From Amphiscolops sp. MND2022 (Eukaryota): 64,000 nt of DNA. The notes beneath the pieces were generated by a model. The model was not told where the DNA came from. It did no database searches and was given only the letters and a program-made list of their open reading frames with translations. The translations under genes were made by a program, and so were the position numbers. Shown here piece by piece: positions 34,004 to 45,949 of the stretch; the first letter of the stretch is position 1; each line of letters begins with the position of its first letter. The stretch spans positions 40,548,001 through 40,612,000 of the forward strand of contig OZ076418.1 in NCBI GenBank assembly GCA_964187785.1. The letters are read 5' to 3'.

Positions 34004-37000
34004 CCCGGGTTGACCCTCTTACTAGCATCTTGGCTGTCTTGGCAAGATCTTGCCAAATTCTTACTACATCTTGGCAACCATGGATCCCATGGCAAGATTC
34101 TCATCAAGATCTTACTGAGGTAATTCTTATTCCAAGATCGTATCTTATCACGATGGACAAAATTTTAAGATTATAAAAAAACACTATACCTTCGGTACAA
34201 GCAGCCGAGACTCAATCTAAAGGCTCATTTCACCCAACAACGACTATTTCTACTCGTTTTCATAATCACAATGCTTTAACCTGCTGAAAAAATTTTGCAT
34301 GCAAAAATGTGTGAAAAATTACGATAACGTAGTCTGGCTTCCAAAATTTTGACGAGAATCCTAATAACTGCTCACCTTTTTAAGACTGAGAAATGCAAAT
34401 GTACCAAATGAAAGGTCATTTCAAGGGCTTTCCAAAATTTGTAATTTATCACTCCTGTCGACTTCAGAGACGGAGAAATATGCTCTCAAACGTCCAGACC
34501 CACTATCGGAAAGTAACAAAGGAAAGACCTTAAAATCCTGAAATTTTGGTATCTTTGGTAACAGCTTTCTTTGAGCCTGTTTCAGCAGCCTTATTACTGC
34601 TAGAAAAGGCGGTCATTGCCCTAATTTGGGTAATGATTCAGCTCAAGGCTTTTCTGACGCCGTTGTTGGCGACAGTTTTGCAAATGAAAGAACAATATCG
34701 ATATCGAAATGGTTGTAAAAATCATTCACTAATTTTATTTTGTATTCCGACTTCAGAGACGGAGAAATATGCTCTCAAACGTCCAGACCCACTATCGGAA
34801 AGTAACAAAGGAAAGACCTTAAAATCCTGAAATTTTGGTATCCAGAATCCAGCTTTCTTTGAGCCTGTTTCAGCAGCCTTATTACTGCTAGAAAAGGCGG
34901 TCATTGCCCTAATTTGGGTAATGATTCAGCTCAAGGCTTTTCTGACGCCGTTGTTGGCGACAGTTTTGCAAATGAAAGAACAATATCGATATCGAAATGG
35001 TTGTAAAAATCATTCACTAATTTTATTTTGAGTGATGTCTAGATTATTTTTCCATAACTCTCAATTTAATGGTTTTCTGATTCTATTTTTTCTCGATATC
35101 GAGCAGTTCGTAGCAATTTTTTCCTAATAACTGCTCACCTTTTTAAGACTGAGAAATGCGAATGTACCAAATGAAAGGTCATTTCAAGGGCTTTCCAAAA
35201 CTTGTAATTTATCACTCCTGTCGACTTCAGAGACGGAGAAATATGCTCTCAAACGTCCAGACCCACTATCGGAAAGTTACAAAGGAAAGACCTTAAAATC
35301 CTGAAATTTTGGTATCTTTGGTAACAGCTTTCTTTGAGCCTGTTTCAGCAGCCATATTACTGCTAGAAAAGGCGGTCATTGCCCTAATTTGGGTAATGAT
35401 TCAGCTCAAGGCTTTTCTGACGCCGTTGTTGGCGACAGTTTTGCAAATGAAAGAACAATATCGATATCGAAATGGTTGTAAAAATCATTCACTAATTTTA
35501 TTTTGAGTGATGTCTAGATTATTTTTCCATAACTCTCAATTTTCCAGTTCGTAGCAATTTTTTCCTAATAACTGCTCACCTTTTTAAGACTGAGAAATGC
35601 GAATGTACCAAATGAAAGGTCATTTCAAGGGCTTTCCAAAACTTGTAATTTATCACTCCTGTCGACTTCAGAGACGGAGAAATATGCTCTCAAACGTCCA
35701 GACCCACTATCGGAAAGTTACAAAGGAAAGACCTTAAAATCCTGAAATTTTGGTATCTTTGGTAACAGCTTTCTTTGAGCCTGTTTCAGCAGCCTTATTA
35801 CTGCTAGAAAAGGCGGTCATTGCCCTAATTTGGGTAATGATTCAGCTCAAGGCTTTTCTGACGCCGTTGTTGGCGACAGTTTTGCAAATGAAAGAACAAT
35901 ATCGATATCGAAATGGTTGTAAAAATCATTCACTAATTTTATTTTGAGTGATGTCTAGATTATTTTTCCATAACTCTCAATTTAATGGTTTTCTGATTCT
36001 ATTTTTTCTCGATATCGAGCAGTTCGTAGCAATTTTTTCCTAATAACTGCTCACCTTTTTAAGACTGAGAAATGCGAATGTACCAAATGAAAGGTCATTT
36101 CAAGGGCTTTCCAAAACTTGTAATTTATCACTCCTGTCGACTTCAGAGACGGAGAAATATGCTCTCAAACGTCCAGACCCACTATCGGAAAGTTACAAAG
36201 GAAAGACCTTAAAATCCTGAAATTTTGGTATCTTTGGTAACAGCTTTCTTTGAGCCTGTTTCAGCAGCCTTATTACTGCTAGAAAAGGCGGTCATTGCCC
36301 TAATTTGGGTAATGATTCAGCTCAAGGCTTTTCTGACGCCGTTGTTGGCGACAGTTTGCAAATGAAAGAACAATATCGATATCGAAATGGTTGTAAAAAT
36401 CATTCACTAATTTTATTTTGAGTGATGTCTAGATTATTTTTCCATAACTCTCAATTTTCCAGTTCGTAGCAATTTTTTCCTAATAACTGCTCACCTTTTT
36501 AAGACTGAGAAATGCGAATGTACCAAATGAAAGGTCATTTCAAGGGCTTTCCAAAACTTGTAATTTATCACTCCTGTCGACTTCAGAGACGGAGAAATAT
36601 GCTCTCAAACGTCCAGACCCTCTATCGGAAAGTTACAAAGGAAAGACCTTAAAATCCTGAAATTTTGGTATCTTTGGTAACAGCTTTCTTTGAGCCTGTT
36701 TCAGCAGCCTTATTACTGCTAGAAAAGGCGGTCATTGCCCTAATTTGGGTAATGATTCAGCTCAAGGCTTTTCTGACGCCGTTGTTGGCGACAGTTTTGC
36801 AAATGAAAGAACAATATCGATATCGAAATGGTTGTAAAAATCATTCACTAATTTTATTTTGAGTGATGTCTAGATTATTTTTCCATAACTCTCAATTTTC
36901 CAGTTCGTAGCAATTTTTTCCTAATAACTGCTCACCTTTTTAAGACTGAGAAATGCGAATGTACCAAATGAAAGGTCATTTCAAGGGCTTTCCAAAACTT

Positions 37001-38052
37001 GTAATTTATCACTCCTGTCGACTTCAGAGACGGAGAAATATGCTCTCAAACGTCCAGACCCACTATCGGAAAGTTACAAAGGAAAGACCTTAAAATCCTG
37101 AAATTTTGGTATCTTTGGTAACAGCTTTCTTTGAGCCTGTTTCAGCAGCCTTATTACTGCTAGAAAAGGCGGTCATTGCCCTAATTTGGGTAATGATTCA
37201 GCTCAAGGCTTTTCTGACGCCGTTGTTGGCGACAGTTTTGCAAATGAAAGAACAATATCGATATCGAAATGGTTGTAAAAATCATTCACTAATTTTATTT
37301 TGAGTGATGTCTAGATTATTTTTCCATAACTCTCAATTTTCCAGTTCGTAGCAATTTTTTCCTAATAACTGCTCACCTTTTTAAGACTGAGAAATGCGAA
37401 TGTACCAAATGAAAGGTCATTTCAAGGGCTTTCCAAAACTTGTAATTTATCACTCCTGTCGACTTCAGAGACGGAGAAATATGCTCTCAAACGTCCAGAC
37501 CCACTATCGGAAAGTTACAAAGGAAAGACCTTAAAATCCTGAAATTTTGGTATCTTTGGTAACAGCTTTCTTTGAGCCTGTTTCAGCAGCCTTATTACTG
37601 CTAGAAAAGGCGGTCATTGCCCTAATTTGGGTAATGATTCAGCTCAAGGCTTTTCTGACGCCGTTGTTGGCGACAGTTTTGCAAATGAAAGAACAATATC
37701 GATATCGAAATGGTTGTAAAAATCATTCACTAATTTTATTCTGAGTGATGTCTAGATTATTTTTCCATAACTCTCAATTTAATGGTTTTCTGATTCTATT
37801 TTTTCTCGATATCGAGCAGTTCGTAGCAATTTTTTTCTTGCCATATTCGGCTTCTTAGTTAGATTTTTCTTGCCATATTGGGCTTCTTAATAAGATTATT
37901 CTTGGAAACATGGCTCTCTTGATAAGATCTTACCATGGCATCTTGCACAATTCTTGGCAATATCTTGTCACGATCTTAGCTAAGATTTTTCCAAGATCTT
38001 GGCAAGATCTTGCCAAGATCTTACTAAGGTACGCATGGAGGGTCGACCCGGT
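34004..38052 (+). mobile_element. Non-autonomous TIR element expanded by an internal satellite; probable TA target site
   Basis: Left CCCGGGTTGACCCTC, right GAGGGTCGACCCGGT; TA on both sides; subterminal CAAGATCTTG repeats at both ends. Confidence 0.7.
34361..37830 (+). repeat. Satellite array, 7 units of 440/441/475 bp (first unit 763 bp from an internal 289-bp duplication)
   Basis: ctaataactgctcacc starts at 34361, 35124, 35565, 36040, 36480, 36921 and 37362. Confidence 0.97.
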
Positions 38053-38141
38053 TAATCATTATAACGTCCAACAACGACAATAGCCTACCTAGTTGCCAAT
38101 TCAAAAGCTGAGACAACTGCCGATGTTACTGCTACTTCAAG

Positions 38142-39023
38142 AACAAGCCGGGAACGTCTCAAGTTGGCACAAGGCTCTAGGTTCTAAAACCCAAGTTTTA
38201 AGAAAAAGCTATTGTTAAAAATTTGTCAAATTTACAGTGCAGGAAAACATTCGAAGGGATACCAATAAGGCCCGAATGCCGCTTTTCCCCAACTAGAAAC
38301 ATCAAAGACCATTTTTATTTTTTGAAAATATTAATCTTTTGCAATTTTTTCCCGGAACAAAAGTCTCTTAGTGCCAAAAAGGAGCTTTAAACTTGCAAAG
38401 CTTTAAACTTTTTTTTCAAGTCGAAAACATTTATGAAACCGAAGGGGGTAAACTTTGACCAAAAGTTTTTTCGAAAAGGTCGCACCGTGACACAAAACGG
38501 TAGTTTTTTCACACTTAATAAAAAACTTATAAGTTCCACAGAAACTTACCGGACTCGGAGAAAAGTTTTTCTTCATGGAAATCCTCAAAAAACCAAAAAT
38601 TCTGTCGAATTTTCTGGTCACAAAGTACTTTAAAAATTTGGTGAGTTGCATCGTGTCGGAAAACACTAAGCGGCTATCTATGCTCGCAAAGCTCTTCGTT
38701 TCTGGTACAAAAGTGAAAAAGTGAAGGGGGCTTTGTTAAAAAAACTCTGGAGAAAAAGTTGCATAGTATCCAACAAAACCCAAAGAGGGACCTTTTGGTC
38801 TCACCTCTACTTTTGCGAACTCGACAAAATTTTGGTTTAGTGAGAGACTCGAATCCACGTACTCCTCATTCTTCTCAGACTTTTCAGAAAATCCGAGTTA
38901 AACTCTGGGCCAAGTGGCAGTGAGAGTACTGGAACTTATAGAAATGCTTTTAGAAATCCGTCAATTCGCTGGTTTTTAAAAAACAACTGCTATAGCCGAC
39001 CGTTTCTATCGAAAATGTAGACT
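38142..39023 (-). mobile_element. Helentron/DINE-1-like family copy (diverged)
   Basis: Minus strand starts AGTCTACATTTT (degenerate hairpin) and ends GTGCCAACTTGAGACGTTCCCGGCTTGTT. Confidence 0.5.
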
Positions 39024-39589
39024 AAAAACGTAAGTACAACTTCATTATTTCTACATGTTTTGAAAATTCAAGTTGTTTGTCAACAAGGTTTTTACTTAGC
39101 AACGGGACATGCTCGCCCGTACATTTTTTCCCGGAAAAACATGTGTATAGGGCTCTAGCGAAACCATTGAACTGCAAAACGTGTGAAAAATTTTCGGAAA
39201 AAAATGAGACATAATCTGTTGTCCATTGCGTTGTTGGAAACGAAAATAAATTTTTTAATCCAGCTTAGAAATTCAGAACAACTCATCGACCTGAAGCTAC
39301 CCTTTACTTTCACCGTCAGTTATCCAACGATGGAAAACGAACCACTTGGGGTCCCAAGTTGACAAGGTCTGGGACACGTATGAAGACAGCTTGATCATAC
39401 CCTAGTTAGAAAATACTCATTTTCGCATAATTCTCACAAATAATTTTGTAAGATCTTGTTAGGAAATGCAATAATTGACACTAACTCTTAAAAGATTCCT
39501 GTAAGATTTGCTAATTCCAGCTGAAAATGATATAAAAAAGTAATAACGTTTACACGTTTTGTACAATTCGAAGAAGAAGAAGAAGAAGA

Positions 39590-42030
39590 TTTATTATTAT
39601 TATTTGTTGCCCGCAGCTTACAAATTTAACGAACTAAACATTGTTTCAGCTGAGGTGTGTAGAAGCATATCATGGATAGCACCACATAAAACAGAAAGAT
39701 TTTTCAAGAGCTTTATATTATTGGTATTCATCAGCTGGTCATACTTGATAACATTCGGGGATGATTGATAAAGTCCGGGTAAAAGGATCTTACGTCTATT
39801 TTCAAACTTTTTACACACAAACAGGAGATGGTACTCATCTGGAGTTCCTGGCAGCCCACATAGTGTACATTCTTCTGCCGGACGTCCTAGATATCGTGTT
39901 ATTACTTTGGGGTGTGCTGAAGAAGCACACCTGAAGTCAATTAATCTCCATTTCGCTGGACCCTTCAGTAATTTCAAGTAAGTTTCAAGTTCCAATCGAT
40001 GTTTATACAGTCGGTAGTTGTCACAGAGCGAGTTATTATGTATCATACCTTGCCACGATTGAAATGCAAGTTCATTGCATCTGTCTTCCACATACTTTTT
40101 GAATTCTGCATCAGCGATATAGCCTGCATACATCTCGGCAAATGGTATACCACAGTTAATCAAAATTTGCCTTATTCTTTGGTGCCATGCTGTTATCTGG
40201 ACATTTTTATTCATCCATTGGAACGTTATACTTGAAAATGAATTATGTTGCACATTGATTTTCTTCCAGAAGTTAGCCATTCTTTGCCAGATAATAAATT
40301 TAAGTTCTTGACGTCCTAGTTCACCATGTATCATACCTTTTGGGACACTTTTCCGTACACGTAAAACACGCCGCAAAAAATTCCTATGGAAAACTTCAAT
40401 TTGCTCAATTTCTTCAAAACCCCAAACCTCGCACCCATAGATCAAGATCGGTAGAACCATCGTATCAAAAAGATGTAGCTTCGTCTCAATTTCTAGATCA
40501 ACTTTACCAAGCAGGGTTTCCATTTTGAACAATGCTTTTTTTGCTTTATCGATGTTATATTTCATGGCAGCTTGAAACGTATTGTTATACCGAAAGACGA
40601 TTCCCAAGTAGCAGAATGTGTCAACACGCTCAAGTGCTTTACCTTCAGCAAGTATGGGAACGGTTTTTCGTACTTTACCCCTAGAAAAAATCATATACTT
40701 TGTTTTATCAATATTTATATTCATTCTGTTTTGCTTGCAGTATAGCAAGGTCGCATCAACTGCTCTCTGCATGTCACTCTCTGTTTCGGTTAACAGCAGT
40801 GTATCATCCGCATACAGAAGCACAAAAAGCTTCAAAAAACATTGTACATTTTGGGCTAAAACATCTGGTTGCAGGCCAGTGAACTTCGACGACACGAAGG
40901 TTTGGAAGTCATTCAAAAACACAATGAAGAGTAGAGGTGATAGATTATCACCTTGCCTTACTCCTATTCGACATTCAAAAACATCGGTAAGAGACCCATT
41001 AACGTTTACACGCGCTTTTGTTTTTTCATAAAGGTTCTTTATGACCGACAGGACTTTACCATTAATCGTACATGAAGCCAACTTCATCCAGAGTAAATTA
41101 TGATCAACGCGATCGAACGCTTTCTCATAGTCAATGAATGTGACAAACAGCCTTTTTCTTTGGGCTAAGTAGAATGATACTATAGTATAAAGGACAAAAG
41201 CGTGATCAGTGCACCCCATACTTTCCCTAAAACCTGCTTGTTCTATTCCTAACACTCGTCTGCTCTCTAGGTCTTTCTGCATTCTTTCCGCTAGAAGAGA
41301 GGTAAACAATTTACACAGACAATTTGCAAGAGATATTCCTCTGTAGTTATTTATGTCTTTTCTATCACCTTTTTTATAGACTGGGCAGTACACTGAAAGT
41401 GCCCAATCATCGGGCACTTCCCCTCTATCAAGAATTGCATTAAAGAACTTCGTAATCACCACAACAAGTTTCTCAGGTGCATACTTAAGAAACTCCGGAA
41501 AGATATCATCATGACCAGCTGACTTTCCATTCTTTATTTTTTTTAAACAGCAACAAATTTCATCAACACTAAAACTTTTATTAATAGTCACATTCACTTC
41601 AGCAACATTATAATGACTTTCAACTATATTAGAGTTCGAGGCACTACTGAGGTTTTTGAAATGTTGGAAGACAGTTGTCTTATCAATCGGTATGTTTACA
41701 TCGCTCTTAGTAAAACTTTTCAGCAAAGACCAATAGCCCTTAGGATCACTAGACTTCATGTTCCGCAAAAAACCGTTAGTTTTTGCAGACATTGCAGACC
41801 TTTTTTTCTGCAAGAAACGCTTGTATTCACGAAATGCGGATCTCCTACTGTCTTGGTCATTTCGCCTCAAAGCATTTCGAATGGTGCCATGGTATTGTAA
41901 GAGTTTGGGCAGGAAGTCCGGGCAATGAAATCTGCATAACGATTGCGGCTTGAAGAAAGCCAGCTCATTAAAAGTTTTACCACTGATGGACTGTCGATAT
42001 ATTGGTTTCATCTGCAACAGGGCGCGGTTT
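39590..42030 (-). mobile_element. 5'-truncated non-LTR retrotransposon (RTE-X/RTE-like LINE) with an (AAT)n tail
   Basis: RT ORF; very short 3' UTR, then AATAATAATAAA; no APE endonuclease; no TSD recognised; clade is inference from the C-terminal motif and tail. Confidence 0.88.
39618..42017 (-). CDS. LINE ORF2 fragment: RT domain + C-terminal CCHC-like motif (799 aa open frame)
   Basis: NYRGISL, EQAGFR, FIDYEKAFDRV, GVRQGDNLSPLLF, LLYADDT, FCYLG; C-terminal CTLC...DEYHLLFVC. Confidence 0.93.
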   Translation of the reverse strand: MQMKPIYRQSISGKTFNELAFFKPQSLCRFHCPDFLPKLLQYHGTIRNALRRNDQDSRRSAFREYKRFLQKKRSAMSAKTNGFLRNMKSSDPKGYWSLLKSFTKSDVNIPIDKTTVFQHFKNLSSASNSNIVESHYNVAEVNVTINKSFSVDEICCCLKKIKNGKSAGHDDIFPEFLKYAPEKLVVVITKFFNAILDRGEVPDDWALSVYCPVYKKGDRKDINNYRGISLANCLCKLFTSLLAERMQKDLESRRVLGIEQAGFRESMGCTDHAFVLYTIVSFYLAQRKRLFVTFIDYEKAFDRVDHNLLWMKLASCTINGKVLSVIKNLYEKTKARVNVNGSLTDVFECRIGVRQGDNLSPLLFIVFLNDFQTFVSSKFTGLQPDVLAQNVQCFLKLFVLLYADDTLLLTETESDMQRAVDATLLYCKQNRMNINIDKTKYMIFSRGKVRKTVPILAEGKALERVDTFCYLGIVFRYNNTFQAAMKYNIDKAKKALFKMETLLGKVDLEIETKLHLFDTMVLPILIYGCEVWGFEEIEQIEVFHRNFLRRVLRVRKSVPKGMIHGELGRQELKFIIWQRMANFWKKINVQHNSFSSITFQWMNKNVQITAWHQRIRQILINCGIPFAEMYAGYIADAEFKKYVEDRCNELAFQSWQGMIHNNSLCDNYRLYKHRLELETYLKLLKGPAKWRLIDFRCASSAHPKVITRYLGRPAEECTLCGLPGTPDEYHLLFVCKKFENRRKILLPGLYQSSPNVIKYDQLMNTNNIKLLKNLSVLCGAIHDMLLHTSAETMFSSLNL

Positions 42031-42670
42031 TTAGAAAAATTCGAAAAAACATCACAGTTCTAAAAGTATAAAAGAATGGAATCCCTCGCTATCATCGATT
42101 TTTGTTACTTAAAAAATTCTAGTTTAGGTGAAATGTGGAAAATAATCAAATGGACCTTTTGATGCTCTTTTTTTAAAGTATTCACAGTAATACTCGAGGA
42201 TCCAACAAATGCGTGAATTGGAAAGATAACTTCGCGTTGAAAACATTTCGATTGTTGTAATTTTTGTCTAATTGTTCCAGGAAGAAATCAATTGTTTCTA
42301 AATTGAAATGAAATTGAAGTTGAATTAAAAATCTTTTCTATTAATTTTCAATGTCATTAGAAAGCCCAGAAATTGCTTCGTGTTGCAAATATTTTGCAGC
42401 ATTCGCATAGAAGCATTATCCCAACAAAATTTTAAGCAACCTTCAACAATTTTATGTAATTTATTTTTTCTTTCGTCCTCGAGAAGAAATCAGACAAGAG
42501 ACGCAAAAAGCATTAATTTTAGCAGTTTCTTTGAAAGTCTGTTTTTGTACGAGAAAAAAAGTATTTACAGAAGAAAAATGTTTTTCTTGAGATGTCGAAT
42601 TGTTTCTTTTCCATTCTTCTCACCTTCCCACAAGAAGATTTCGTTGTTTGTTTTTCCTAGAAGGTGCTAC

Positions 42671-43048
42671 CAGACAAAAGCGCCCAAAAAACAGTCAAAG
42701 ACTCTCCAGTCAAAAGCGCCCCAATCAAAGTGTGGTGGTGGATGTTTGCTGATTCTTTTCCATCACCAATTTTAAGTTCCTCTAATTAAACAATTTTCAG
42801 TTTTCATTTTAAAACAGTGCATTCACAAAGTGCTTCTTGAATAAATTAATAATTTTTGTTCAGAAATGTCAAAAACTGTTATTTAAGTTATTATTCTCAA
42901 TTGAAATTTGTTGTGTGTGAAAATGTCAAACCTGGCGTTAGCAGTGATTTTTTATCTTGTTTTAAAATCGTCAATAATATTTGATTAGACGCAGTGAAAT
43001 TAGCGAGGCGCTTTGTATTGAGGCGATTTTACATGGCGCTTTTGTCTG
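42671..43048. mobile_element. MITE-like element with 14-bp inverted repeats and subterminal CAAAAGCGCC repeats
   Basis: CAGACAAAAGCGCC (42671) and GGCGCTTTTGTCTG (43035-43048); true termini and TSD not resolved. Confidence 0.55.
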
Positions 43049-43333
43049 TAACCAAATGACTTCATGAACGTTTTCACTTTCCGCCCAAAATTGATATGAA
43101 GTGGCGGAGAAAAATAAATTCGCATCCGAGGTGGCTTTTGAAGAACCTATTTTTCTAGATAATTTTATACTCAAAATTTAGACCTCCTTCCATAGAAATC
43201 AACAACGAAAAGGGAATTGGATTTTTAAGCATATCTATTGACATATCTGAATTTCGGAAAATCTAAAATTTAAAAAGGGCCCGTATTGTGTGTGCAAGCT
43301 TCGAACCATTTTTCCAATGTTTTAGGAGACTCA

Positions 43334-43460
43334 AATTTAATAACAAGCCCGAGCCTCGAAAATTGATGGGACTTATATATAGTTGATCGAACTAATAACA
43401 GAAGTTTTTCTGCCTTGGTCTATCTCACCAACTTTCGAGACTCGGGCTTGCTATTAAATT
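43334..43460. repeat. Imperfect inverted repeat of about 38 bp per arm (small hairpin/mini-MITE), 43 bp upstream of the exon 2 acceptor
   Basis: aatttaataacaagcccgagcctcgaaaattgatggg versus ctcaccaactttcgagactcgggcttgctattaaatt. Confidence 0.75.
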
Positions 43461-43503
43461 CAAAATCTTCTTGATTTATTTGATATTTTTTGCTTTTTTC
43501 TAG

Positions 43504-43689
43504 ATAATCTGTGGCTGCCGAATCTGGTGCTGCTCAACAACGTGGATGGCAAGTTCGATGTCTCCTACTACAGTCGGGTCAAGGTGTCCCATGATGGCTT
43601 CTGTCTCTGGGCACCCCCCTCCATCTACAAGAGCTCCTGTGACATCAACATCGCCCTTTTCCCCTTCGATGAACAGCTATGTCCACTCA
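43504..43689 (+). CDS. nAChR-like subunit, coding exon 2, containing the Cys-loop
   Basis: (D)NLWLPNLVLLNNVDGKFDVSYYSRVKVSHDGFCLWAPPSIYKSSCDINIALFPFDEQLCPL, with a C-x13-C loop containing FPFD; TAG acceptor and A|GTTAGT donor (phase 1). This frame is not in the supplied ORF track. Confidence 0.95.
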
Positions 43690-45097
43690 GTTAGTTGGTT
43701 TTTACAGGGCTTACACTTCATTTGGACCATGTGTCTTAATCCCCCCAAGCGAAGCGGCTGCGGGGAATGGTACACAAGGTTCAAATACCATTATGTCGAC
43801 ATCGTTTGCGTTGAAATGATTGATGTCCACATAATCCTATCTTTTACATTGACCGCTAATTAAAATTTCATAATGTTTTTCGCAGAGAAAATTTGCATTG
43901 AAATAGGGACCCTTTTATACAATTTTAACTTGTTCCAAGCGTAAATTCTTGCTAGTTTAGACAATAATATTGAGAAGTTAGGGTCATTTTTTGCTGGAAG
44001 TGTCAAAAAGCATTCCTCTAATCGTTATGTAAAGACAATCCTCTAAGTATTTACGTGCTTTCGTGTTGGGGCAGGGGAAATAAGACGCCTAATCCTTTCA
44101 TTTCAATAATTTTTACCATTATTTCAGTTTCAGATGGAAATATTAATGTGTGAAAATTTCATTTTGCTATCCGGTCATAAAATTTTCGTAAATAAAAAAA
44201 ATCAATTTCCGTAATACAGTGATCCATTTAATTCTTTTCTGGAGAACTAATAAAAACGAACTTTATTTTTCTATAATTTGTTCGTCGTTTGTTTATGAGA
44301 AAGAAGTCTTTCAGCTTTTCATGTTATCATCATTGAGAATCACTTTCCAGGGGGCAATTATCACTACAGAGCATTGAGAAAACTAATGGAAGTAAAAGAA
44401 AGTATAGAAAAATTATTTAATTGAGTAGGATATTGATACAATAACACATAGATGATTAAAAACTCAAACTGGTTAAATCTATTTAAAACGGACATAGAAC
44501 GAACAATGACGGAGAGAAAACTAATAATTTCAACAAAAAATAGAAAAATGAAAAGGCGCCAATTCTCGGAGATGAGTATTCCAATGTTTTGAAGGTGACT
44601 TTCTATCTGATCGGACCATGTCATCTATCCCCCCCCCCCAAAAAAAAACTGCAGCGGGGGGGGGGGGGGGGGGTTAAAACAAATGTTTATACTGAACCGA
44701 AAAGGGGAACTTTTTCTTTTCCCCACACTTTTCTAGATGATATTGTTTTAGCAATTAATTTGCTCTCAATTGAGTTTCCAATGAAACATTTCACGTAATT
44801 TCAAAACAATTAATCGCCGTTTTTAATATTGAAAAGTCTTTTTAAAAAACTTGTTCTGCTCACCTTCGGTTTTAATCTGATTTGCAAAAATGAATTTCGC
44901 AAAGTTTTATGTTAGCGTGAACGAAAAAAAGAAAGCTGTCAAATTTCTTCAAGAGACAACAAAACAAATGAAAAGACTTATTTGAAGAAATTTTTTACAA
45001 TATAGCCAAATATATTACTTTGTTGAATATATTTTTGAAAGTGTGGGGATAAGGAAAAAGAGCCACAAAAAGTATCTAAGTTTTTCATTTTTGGAAA

Positions 45098-45210
45098 TCA
45101 TGGTGTAGTTGTTAGAGCAGTTGGCGCGGAAATTGATTCACATCTTCTAACTCACTATTTTTGGGCTTTTGGCAAATTTATCACGTCATCCCCAGATTAG
45201 TGGTATGGTA
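45098..45210 (+). mobile_element. Second, more decayed copy of the tRNA-type SINE
   Basis: catggtgtagttgttagagcagttggc...ctaactcactat...catccccagattagtggtatgg parallels 20064-20180. Confidence 0.45.
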
Positions 45211-45299
45211 ATGATGAACAAGATGGGAACGTATAAAGGCGGCGCTATACCTAAGGCTCATAAAGCGCAAAGATTAGAAAATAGGCTCAGGTCGATTAT

Positions 45300-45930
45300 G
45301 AAAAACTCACAAAAACTTCCAAACACCAAAAGGGCACCTTTTATGTTCGAAAAGCGCTTCAGAAGTTCGCATAGAGCGTGCTGAGACAAATACGAGCGCT
45401 TTTCAATCATACAGCTCGTTCTCTGTAAAATGCAATATAGTACGAATATAACGTCGAAAATTCGAATATTTCTCAATATTTTCGAACCTCCATCCCTAAA
45501 ATTCGGAGAGTATTGAAAAAAAATATTTGGTGGACATATTTTGAGAAAACCTATCATCAGACAAAAAAATGAGAATTTCGAAAGTCGTATAGTGCCTAAA
45601 AATCCAAAAGAAAGGACCCTTTGTGAATTTTTGACATCCATTCTGTTTAAAAATATCACAAAAAATGGAAGGGGATTCTTTTGAGAAATTTAATAATTTT
45701 GGGGAAAAAAGTCTCACGGTGCCGTAAAAAAATGAAAGCCCTTTCGTCTCGATCGGTTTTGTATGTTAAGTTTAAAAAGCAAAAAATGAGAGGGGTGACC
45801 CTTTGCACTACCTTAGATGCGTTTTCGGTGCCCAGACTTGGCCGTACAGTAGTTTATTAGTTTCTGTAAAAAGTGACCACTACCCATACATTCTGTTATC
45901 TGCCGAAAAAAAACTAGTCACTGTAATTGT
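45300..45930 (-). mobile_element. Helentron/DINE-1-like family copy (diverged)
   Basis: AAAGGACCCTTT core repeats and the tataacgtc..aaattcg internal segment shared with other copies; ends approximate. Confidence 0.45.
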
Positions 45931-45949
45931 CCAACTTTCAAAGTGACTT

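Larger units (their letters stand above)
17899..43503 (+). other. Predicted 25.6-kb intron 1 of the nAChR-like gene
   Basis: GTTAGT donor; pyrimidine tract + TAG acceptor at 43503; phase-compatible join gives HLYLLS-D-NLWLPNLVLLNN. Confidence 0.8.

Noticed and set aside
34546-37744. Repeated hydrophobic 65-aa ORF (MVSLVTAFFEP...)
   Set aside because: Starts at TTG, recurs only because it lies in the satellite unit, and is broken by a 1-bp deletion in one unit.
44627-44673. Poly-C / poly-A / poly-G inverted tract
   Set aside because: Low-complexity homopolymers, error-prone in assembly, with no further structure.
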